Origin: an uncultured cyanobacterium
Lineage (GTDB): Bacteria; Cyanobacteriota; Cyanobacteriia; Cyanobacteriales; Nostocaceae
Assembly (NCBI GenBank): GCA_963706595.1
Contig: OY970166.1
Span: 1,792,001-1,856,000, forward strand
Reading direction: 5' to 3'
Length of the DNA stretch: 64,000 nucleotides
The notes under the pieces are model-generated. The model searched no databases, was not told the origin of the DNA, and worked only from the letters and a program-made list of their open reading frames with translations. This document shows, piece after piece, positions 31,731 to 39,489 of this stretch (the stretch's first letter is position 1; every line of letters starts with the position of its first letter). The translations under genes were made by a program, and so were the position numbers.

Positions 31731-32681
31731 ATGTTAGATGTATTTGTTGCAAAATCTCGAAAAATTCAGCCACAACTTAACGCTACCTCCTCGAAGGTTG
31801 TGGAAACAGAATTTAACGCCATGCAGCTACATCAACAAGAAGCTGCCTTTACCGTTGGTAACGGTTATTTAGGAACCCGTGGGACTTTCGAGGAAGGGTA
31901 TCCTCAGAATTTTCCATCTACAATGATTTACGGTGTTTATGACGATGTAGCGATCGCCCATCCCGAACTTGTACAATGTCCCAATTGGCTACCATTAGTC
32001 GTGACAGTGGCAGGCGATCGCTTTAGTTTAGCTAGTGGTGAAATTATCAAATATCAACGTCGCCTGAATATCCGTTTGGGTTTAATCAACCGTGATGTGT
32101 GCTGGCGAAGTCCAGCAGGTTCCACCTTAAACTTCCACTTTGAACGTTTTAGCAGTTTAGCAGATCAACATATTTCGGCAATTCGTTGTCAGATCACATC
32201 TATAGACTTTCAAGGTGAGATTACAGTTGAAGTGGGATTTGATGCTCAACTGGATACCCAAGGTGTGCGACATTGGCGAACCTTGAACCAAGGAGGTATT
32301 GAGCAGATTATCTGGCTGCAAAGTCGAACTATCCACTCAGGTATTCAACTAGGGATGGCGGCAAAGTTAGTGGTAGATGGTGAGGATACTGCACCCATAT
32401 ATGTAGAAAATACTTCGGAATCTTCCAAGTTGGTCACTACTTTTGAGTTATTTCCCGGAAAAACAGTGGCTGTAGAAAAGATTGTCACCCTATTTACCTC
32501 ACAAGACACAGAAATTCCCATCGCAGCAGCCCTACAAAGATTAGCTGATGAACCGAGATACAGTAAGCTACTAAATGCTCACACTGCGGCGGCGATGAAT
32601 TCCCAGCAAGCAAACAGATTGATAGCGTCAGCTGGTGAAATTAATTCCTCGAAAAATATGAACATGAGAGCAAGCGTTTAG
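31731..32681 (+). pseudogene. Glycoside hydrolase family 65 N-terminal domain only (truncated)
   Basis: FTVGNGYLGTRGTFEE and PNWL motifs. The ORF ends shortly after LLNAH, with no catalytic barrel. Confidence 0.65.
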
Positions 32682-32709
32682 AGGGTGTTTGAAAAGTCTA
32701 ATTTATTAA

Positions 32710-32838
32710 AGCCTTGGCGACTAGAAGTCGCGGCTATACAAACAAAGTCCACCTGCGTGGACTAATGAAGAATTAAGGTTTTCAAACCCACGCAGGTGGG
32801 TTTCGCCTGTGTAGCCGCGATTTCCAATCGCCAGGGCT
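32710..32838. repeat. ~130-bp imperfect palindromic (MITE/REP-like) element
   Basis: AGCCTTGGCGA...TCGCCAGGGCT ends, with internal hairpins GTCCACCTGCGTGGAC and AAACCCACGCAGGTGGGTTT. Confidence 0.75.
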
Positions 32839-32856
32839 AGGTGCTGAATCAGATTT

Positions 32857-33987
32857 TTAAAGTGTGATGGGTGAATCTACATAAATTGTGGGTTCTTGCA
32901 TTGTAAACTCAATGCCAAAAGTTACTAATTTTTTAGAAATCTTCTCATTTGCTAACTCCAATAAACGTTTACGTAATTGCAGAGAGTTATCACTAGAACC
33001 CAAAATAAAGAACGTCACTCTTGTTCGAGTTGTTTGCTTGACAGAATTATGATTTAAAAAAGTAATACTGGTGCTTCCGGGATCTATCCCAAACAGTGAG
33101 TTAGTACTTTCGGCTACTACTTGCTCAACTAAGGCTTTTTCTTGATGTTCTAGGACAGTAACAAAATCGAGGTAGAGTAAAACCATTACTTTCTTACCTC
33201 GCGTAATATTCTCAATTTCTAGATTTGCTAATATCGAATTGGGAATAATAAACAAGGTACTCTTCGCCGCAGTGCGAATTTTACTGGAACGAATTCCAAT
33301 TGATTCAACTCTGCCAAATAACCCTTCCGGAATTTGTCCAGATTTCTGTAACCGAATATATTCTCCGGGAATAAAGGGTCTATCTAAATACAAAACAATG
33401 GTTCCTAACAACTGCTCTAATGTCTTTTGTGCCGCAAAAGCGATGGCTAATCCACCGATACCAAAACCAGTTAATAAACCAACTAAATTAAATTGTTGAC
33501 TCTGGGCAAAAGCAATCATAGCAATAAAGCCAATCGTGACGTTTGCGAGAGTTTCAAAGACTAAAAGTAATTCGTCTACTTCCCTGCCCAATTTGCCCAC
33601 TAAGTCAATACCATATACTCGAATAAATTGCCGAAATAAACGAGAAAATAGCCAAGCTAGACTACTAATAACAGCTAAGTCTACAATGGGTAAAAGAAAT
33701 CTATATATAGATTGATATTCGATAATCCATGCTAAAGATAAGGAGATGAGAATTAAAGTACCAGAGATTCTAAATAAGTTTCTAATAGGTTCAATTAAAT
33801 TATTATAAATACTGGCTACCTGCTGCGGTGCAAAACGTCTAATTACAATTCGGATTATTGTTGGTGTATATCTTCCGGCTAGTATAGACAGGAGGATAAA
33901 CAATAAAAATAAGCCAAATCGGGATAGGAATAATATTGTGCTATCGCGCTGGAAAAAGTCCAGAATAATCTGTGAAATGTTATTCAT
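32857..33987 (-). CDS. MscS-family mechanosensitive channel
   Basis: GIGGLAIAFAAQ, DRPF..GEYI, GRVESIGIRS and IPNS motifs. Confidence 0.92.
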   Translation of the reverse strand: MNNISQIILDFFQRDSTILFLSRFGLFLLFILLSILAGRYTPTIIRIVIRRFAPQQVASIYNNLIEPIRNLFRISGTLILISLSLAWIIEYQSIYRFLLPIVDLAVISSLAWLFSRLFRQFIRVYGIDLVGKLGREVDELLLVFETLANVTIGFIAMIAFAQSQQFNLVGLLTGFGIGGLAIAFAAQKTLEQLLGTIVLYLDRPFIPGEYIRLQKSGQIPEGLFGRVESIGIRSSKIRTAAKSTLFIIPNSILANLEIENITRGKKVMVLLYLDFVTVLEHQEKALVEQVVAESTNSLFGIDPGSTSITFLNHNSVKQTTRTRVTFFILGSSDNSLQLRKRLLELANEKISKKLVTFGIEFTMQEPTIYVDSPITL

Positions 33988-33992
33988 TATAT

Positions 33993-35090
33993 TTAAATCG
34001 TAATCGGTGAGTCAACGTAAATTGTTGGTTCTTCTATCTCAAATGCAATTCCATATTCTTTTAAATATTGAGTCATGCTTTGAGTAGCCAAATCTAACAG
34101 TTGACGACGTAATTCCATTGAAACATCTCCAGAACCTAAAATAAAGAAAGAAACTTGAGCTTGACTTTTATCTGGGTCTTCTAGATTATTGATATTCTTA
34201 AAGCTTACGTCTGTATTCCGGGAATCTAGTCCAAATATACCATTTGTACTTTCTAAAATAACCTGCCGAATCAGCGCTTTTTCTTCACTGCTGATGGCTC
34301 GATAAAAGGTCAAATACAGTATAGACATGACTTTTTTCGCTCCAGTGAAGTTTTCAATATTCACTTGAGTTAAGGAACTATTGGGAACTATGACGACGGT
34401 TCCTTTACCAGAGGTACGAATACGAGTGGATCTCAAGCCGATAGATTCAACTCTGCCAAAAGTACCGTCGGGAAGTCCGATATAATCATCAATGACGAAG
34501 GGACGGTCAAGATAGATAACTATACCACCTAAGACTTGCTCTAAGGTCTTTTGAGCCGCAAAGGCTACTGCTAATCCACCAATTCCTAAACTGGCTAGCA
34601 ATCCTAAAAGATTAATTTGATGACTTTGAGCATAGAGGAGAATAGCTACAACAATAATGATGATATTGGCTATCCATTTAAACAGGATGAGAAATTCACT
34701 ACTGATTTTTTGCCCAGTTTTAAAAGCAGCGTTTAATAGGTAAAAGTCAAAGAAGTTTTTAAAGAATTTAGAAGCTAATAAACTTGTGGCGATCGCTAAA
34801 GTTAAACTAATAATAATTTCTAAGGTTTTCGACCAGCTATTTTTCGGTAGTTGAATGGAAATAAACTCAACGAAAAAAATTACAGATACAGAAATTATTA
34901 AAATTTCATTAGGTTTAATTAACTTCTGGTAGATATCTTTAGTTTGGAAAAGTTTTAGTTGTTTCAAGAGTAATTTAAACCATCCAAAAGTTAACCGAAA
35001 AGTTACGAATATGAAGGCTCCAACGACTATTCCTATTAAGGCAATTGTGATCTCTTTAATCGTAATGATTTCTGGTAAAAAATCTAACAT
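33993..35090 (-). CDS. MscS-family mechanosensitive channel (tandem paralogue)
   Basis: Same MscS motifs and a shared C-terminal EPTIYVDSPIT. Confidence 0.92.
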   Translation of the reverse strand: MLDFLPEIITIKEITIALIGIVVGAFIFVTFRLTFGWFKLLLKQLKLFQTKDIYQKLIKPNEILIISVSVIFFVEFISIQLPKNSWSKTLEIIISLTLAIATSLLASKFFKNFFDFYLLNAAFKTGQKISSEFLILFKWIANIIIIVVAILLYAQSHQINLLGLLASLGIGGLAVAFAAQKTLEQVLGGIVIYLDRPFVIDDYIGLPDGTFGRVESIGLRSTRIRTSGKGTVVIVPNSSLTQVNIENFTGAKKVMSILYLTFYRAISSEEKALIRQVILESTNGIFGLDSRNTDVSFKNINNLEDPDKSQAQVSFFILGSGDVSMELRRQLLDLATQSMTQYLKEYGIAFEIEEPTIYVDSPITI

Positions 35091-35523
35091 TTATCCCATG
35101 AATGATGCAATTGTCTCTTTAATTCAATTCTGCACAACAGTCAGCGCTGACTACCTCTTGCAGAAGCGCCTCTAGTTATTGATTAGTTTCGCTCTCAGAG
35201 GCTTAGTCAACGACTAAATTTTGTTTCGCAATCAATATTACAATATTTAGTTACTCATTTGATTGCTGAGAAAATGCTATCCACAAATAAATACTGGATA
35301 GGTAGGCTACGGAGATAATGCAAATATTTAATATACAATTAAAGTCTTCCATGTTACTGAACTCAAGGTAAAAGTGTGTGAGAAGCTGGAGAATTTTAGT
35401 GGATGAACTTTTTCGGCAACATCCAAATTATGGGATGCTGAAAAATAAGTTTAAGTACAAATGCCTAAACTAAGCCAAATTAATTAGGTCAAGCAATTTT
35501 GGATTGGGGATTTTAGATTTTCG

Positions 35524-35573
35524 ATTGATTCCACAGATAAATCTAGGAGCTTGTACTATTAAGGAACTATTGG
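35524..35573. repeat. ~50-bp dispersed repeat; inverted copy at ~23766-23817
   Basis: ATTGATTCCACAGATAAATCT.GG....TGTA..ATTAAGGAACTATTGG present at both sites, next to AAATCTA/TTTTGGA heptamer tracts. Confidence 0.8.
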
Positions 35574-36103
35574 TCGTTTAATAGATGAAACTACAAATTT
35601 AGGGCTGATTAGACACGGCTAACCCCCAGCAATTATTTATCCAAAATGAATGTACAAGCAAATACACTTTTTAACCTCACCTCAATTCGGCTGAGGTAGG
35701 TGGCTAAAGAGCTGTGATGACTTAAACTTGCCTAATATTTGACTAGCTTTTCACCAAAGCTTTGATTGTGCTGCTAGCCCCACACTGCTGTACAGACCAG
35801 CAGCGATAACCAGCTAGCTAGCATTGGTTAGCCTATGGGTTGATTATGTACGTTATTCTGATCTTTGCTATTTATTATAAATCTAAACTAGACTAAAGCC
35901 CAAAAAATAATTAAAAAATTTAGTCTTTAAGGCTGTTGTGCAGAATGTTGGATTGATGTGGTCGTGATGAAAATCGCAAAAAGTCTGTATTGAGCAGGCG
36001 ATCGCAATGCAAAACTAGTAAAATATACTGATAGCATTTGCTGTGTAGTTTTTCTCCAGTTTAGCTCAATGAGGGTAGGCGATCGCATTAATCCACCTCT
36101 AAC

Positions 36104-36283
36104 TCACTCACCACCAAAATCCTCAATTGTGTTACGTAACAAACCTTCCCGATGCTCATCTGCTTCCCGTCTAGTCTGAGAAACCCACTCTTGAGCATCT
36201 TCACCCAATAGCGGATAGGAGGCCATACTCTTTAAATCACTCCATTTGCTTTGGGATTGTGCTTGAATTTTGTGCTTTTTCAT
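36104..36283 (-). pseudogene. 59-aa ORF resembling the C-terminal part of a cyanobacterial antitoxin-like protein (not in the ORF track)
   Basis: MKKHKIQAQSQSKWSDLKSMASYPLLGEDAQEWVSQTRREADEHRE..., directly downstream of the PIN gene. Confidence 0.5.
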
Positions 36284-36300
36284 CCGTTATGATCATCAAT

Positions 36301-36654
36301 TTATTGATGTACAATAATAGCTTCTCGACTCATTTCAATGTAAGAGTGCTGTTGAAATAGTTCCACTATAGAGGGAAAATTAAGAGAAAAAAGATTTTCT
36401 AGTTCTGGATTTTTGATATTACCCGTCGTGATTAAAAGTAGTTTATAAGGTTGCTCAATTGTTAAAAAAGAGTCAACAAAATCATAATCTTTAGTGATTA
36501 AGATTCTATTTTGCTGAATTGAGATAGCATTTATTTCAATATCTGATGTAGCATTTTGCGCTGGTAAGTCTCTGGTATGGATTGTGTCGTAATTTGAGGC
36601 TCTGAGAAAGTTAGCAAGGCGGACTGGTAACTGAGCATCAACAATGAATTTCAT
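36301..36654 (-). CDS. DUF5615 PIN-like toxin
   Basis: MKFIVDAQLP, SD.EI and ILITKD.DF motifs. Overlaps the DUF433 gene by 4 bp. Confidence 0.88.
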   Translation of the reverse strand: MKFIVDAQLPVRLANFLRASNYDTIHTRDLPAQNATSDIEINAISIQQNRILITKDYDFVDSFLTIEQPYKLLLITTGNIKNPELENLFSLNFPSIVELFQQHSYIEMSREAIIVHQ

Positions 36655-36887
36655 GAAGCGATTTTATGAATGCTTTTGACTTGGCTGAGTCTTGCTGCAA
36701 ATAACAGAACAGCCAAAATATCTTCAGATTCTAAGTCGTCATAATCTGCCAATATTTCCTCAGTAGTCATGCCAGAACTGAGCATTTCTAGAATAAACTC
36801 AACTGGATAACGTAGTCCTCTAATGCAGGGTTTTCCGTGACAGATATGAGGGTTCAGGGTGATACGTGTTAGAAGTGTGTCATCCAT
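36651..36887 (-). CDS. DUF433 antitoxin
   Basis: RITLNPHICHGKPCIRGLR and EEILADY motifs. Confidence 0.9.
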   Translation of the reverse strand: MDDTLLTRITLNPHICHGKPCIRGLRYPVEFILEMLSSGMTTEEILADYDDLESEDILAVLLFAARLSQVKSIHKIAS

Positions 36888-36939
36888 GCTGTGAGATATC
36901 CACAAAAATGATCATCATCTATCAGCATATCATCAGGAG

Positions 36940-37088
36940 CTATAGGACTCATATTTGATTTATGAAACACAAGTAGGGTGTGTTCTCACGAAGTGGAACG
37001 CACCAAGACCACAGAAGACGGTGCGTAAAGCCATAACACACCCTACATATACTTAGATTTTTTCAATAATCAAATCGGATTCCTATAG
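36940..37088. mobile_element. ~149-bp MITE-like element with terminal inverted repeats
   Basis: CTATAGGA.TC..ATTTGATT...AATCAAATCGGATTCCTATAG, with an internal GTAGGGTGTGTT...AACACACCCTAC palindrome. Confidence 0.75.
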
Positions 37089-37259
37089 AAAGTTAAACTA
37101 ACATTCAGCCATTGAGCGATCGCATCATCTAGGATAACTTTAGCTCAATGAGGTTAGCTCAATGAGGTCAGGCGATGGAACGTTGCTTAGTAGTATAATT
37201 TGAACATGGGTTTTAATCCATAACTATATCTCTTTTGCAAAGACCACTTTGATGTCAGT

Positions 37260-38189
37260 ATGAAAGTTGTATCTATTATTAACTACAAGGGTGGAGTTGG
37301 TAAAACCACTATCACCGCTAATCTAGGAACAGAATTAGCCTGTAGAGGTTATCGAGTGTTATTAATTGATGCTGATCCTCAGTGCAGTTTAACATTTTCT
37401 TTTTTTAACTCTTCCGAGCAATTGGACTGGTTTGAAGAAAAAGAATTGACATTAAAAACATTTTTTACTTCATTAATAAAGCCTATTCCCAACCCCAAAT
37501 CATTTGGTGACGTGAGGGTGAAGGTAAGTAAAATTAATAAAAAAATACAAGAACAGGGTGGAAAAGGTTCATTACACTTAATTGCTTCTCACTTAAAATT
37601 AATTAATATTGATATGGAACTTGCTGGTATCTTGGCAGGTGGAATTGGTAGACATGAACAAGCATCAAGATACTTCAATTGTTTTAGTTCAATTTCTCAA
37701 GGATTAGAAAAATTAAAGTCAAGTTATGACTTTGTTTTAATTGATTGCCCTCCCAATTTCAATATTGTCACTAAAACATCTATAGCAGCTAGTAATTATA
37801 TCTTAATACCATCAAGACCAGACCATTTATCAACATTAGGAATATCCTATTTGAAGGAAAGTGTTATGGAGTTTGTCGAAGAGTATAATGACTATACAAA
37901 ACAAGCTAACATTTCAGTAATTTATCCTAAAATTATTGGAGTAATATTTACAATGGTAAAAGTTCATGCTGGGCAACCAATTAATGCTCATCAAAGATAC
38001 ATGAATAATGTTGTAAAAGAACAAGAACTAAAGATTTTTGATGCTTTTATTAGAGAAAATCAAACTACATTTGCAATAGCTCCAGAAAATGCTATTCCTG
38101 TTGTTTTAAGTGCGGCTTCACCATCACATATTGTTCAAGAACTTAAAGAACTGGTAGATGAATTTGAATATTTGATTAATTTAGATTGA
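37260..38189 (+). CDS. ParA/Soj-family ATPase (orphan)
   Basis: Deviant Walker A KGGVGKTT, DADPQ and DCPP motifs. Confidence 0.9.
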   Translation: MKVVSIINYKGGVGKTTITANLGTELACRGYRVLLIDADPQCSLTFSFFNSSEQLDWFEEKELTLKTFFTSLIKPIPNPKSFGDVRVKVSKINKKIQEQGGKGSLHLIASHLKLINIDMELAGILAGGIGRHEQASRYFNCFSSISQGLEKLKSSYDFVLIDCPPNFNIVTKTSIAASNYILIPSRPDHLSTLGISYLKESVMEFVEEYNDYTKQANISVIYPKIIGVIFTMVKVHAGQPINAHQRYMNNVVKEQELKIFDAFIRENQTTFAIAPENAIPVVLSAASPSHIVQELKELVDEFEYLINLD

Positions 38190-38200
38190 TAGAAAATACT

Positions 38201-38800
38201 ATGGATAATTACCAAGTTAACAACGAACATCACAATGATATTCCAAAGGAAGTAATTGAATTATTCAGAAAACAATGGATAAAATTTAATGATGATCAAA
38301 AAAATGATATTTTGCAAGGTAACGCTCAACTTAGGGTAAATTGTTTTTATCCAAAAGCTGTTAGAAAGAAAGATATTTCATCTCGCAAGCCTATTGATAA
38401 AACTCATCAACATGAAAATTTAGACTATACTCAACTTTCACAAAGATTAGATGAGTTAAATTCAAAAGAAGAGGGAATAGACTTTTTGAAATCGTCTTTC
38501 TCTACAAAAAAATCTCTAGAGTCTTTTGCAAAATTTTTGAAAATCTCGACACAAAAACAAAATCTACAAGAACTGAGAGAAAGTATTGTTTCTGCAACAA
38601 TAGGTTATCGGTTAACAATACAGTTTATTGAAAAAAGAAGAAGACCAAAACTAGAGGATGAATTTTTAGATGAAAATGAAAAATTTACTCAAGTAGTTAA
38701 ATTTTGTATTTTTATTGATCTGGAATTGTATTTTCTTCTTCATATTGAGCTATTGCTTGTTCAATTATTTCATTACTCACATCTGTTAGATCAGACTTAG
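38201..38800 (+). CDS. Hypothetical protein downstream of ParA (3' end runs antisense into the relE-like gene)
   Basis: AT-rich ORF starting 11 bp after the ParA stop. The last ~29 codons overlap the convergent toxin gene. Confidence 0.65.
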   Translation: MDNYQVNNEHHNDIPKEVIELFRKQWIKFNDDQKNDILQGNAQLRVNCFYPKAVRKKDISSRKPIDKTHQHENLDYTQLSQRLDELNSKEEGIDFLKSSFSTKKSLESFAKFLKISTQKQNLQELRESIVSATIGYRLTIQFIEKRRRPKLEDEFLDENEKFTQVVKFCIFIDLELYFLLHIELLLVQLFHYSHLLDQT

Positions 38801-39089
38801 AATAAATTGTAGTGAGTATAATTCCTTGAGCAGTTTTTAGATAATAAATTACTCTATATCCTCCACTTTTTCCTTTTTGAATATTAGTATTTTTAACACG
38901 AACTTTGAAAACTTGATATTTAATTCCCGCAATTCTATCTCCAGGAATTTCACCTGCTTGTAGTTGATCAATTAAAGGTTGAATATCACTACGAATGGAA
39001 CGATAGCGTTTAGCCAGTTCTCGCAAATCCTTTTGAAAACGAGGAGTAAGAGCAATTTCAATTGGTAGTGGTTCATTATTATTCTGCAT
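38712..39089 (-). CDS. RelE/ParE (HigB-like) toxin
   Basis: TPRFQKDLR.L.KRY, KGKSGGYRVIY and IYSKSD motifs. Confidence 0.88.
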   Translation of the reverse strand: MQNNNEPLPIEIALTPRFQKDLRELAKRYRSIRSDIQPLIDQLQAGEIPGDRIAGIKYQVFKVRVKNTNIQKGKSGGYRVIYYLKTAQGIILTTIYSKSDLTDVSNEIIEQAIAQYEEENTIPDQ

Positions 39090-39333
39090 CTATCCCTTCC
39101 CACATTTGTGAAAGGGGTATAGTTTGTCCACTTAATGCTTCTTTTATTCCCTGATTAATACCTTCAATTACAATTTCTGTGGGTGTTTCTTCAAGAAATG
39201 AATTTTTCTCTAATTGGAAAATAGATTTTTGTAGCAATTGCAATGTATAAGTTTCCACAGAAAGACCTTGCTGTTGTGCTTCCTGTGTTAAATACTGTTC
39301 TAATTCTGGTGGTAAGCTGAGGATTAGTGTCAT
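39079..39333 (-). CDS. Putative cognate antitoxin
   Basis: MTLILSLPPELEQYL (RHH-like) and GQTIPLSQMWEGID. Overlaps the toxin start. Confidence 0.78.
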   Translation of the reverse strand: MTLILSLPPELEQYLTQEAQQQGLSVETYTLQLLQKSIFQLEKNSFLEETPTEIVIEGINQGIKEALSGQTIPLSQMWEGIDAE

Positions 39334-39489
39334 AAGTCTATTGTGAGTGACTTTATATATTGTAAACCTGTAAAAACCAAAAATTAACCCCAAAATACCA
39401 ATGTGTGATGTTGGGTTTCTTTCCGTCAACCGAACCTACGACTTATAATTGATCGGATAACCTGCACATATAATCTTAGGCATGAGACT

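Noticed and set aside
39334..39429. N-terminal extension of the antitoxin ORF
   Set aside because: It runs through a GTAG-type palindrome and the divergent promoter region. The ATG at 39333 gives a typical antitoxin.
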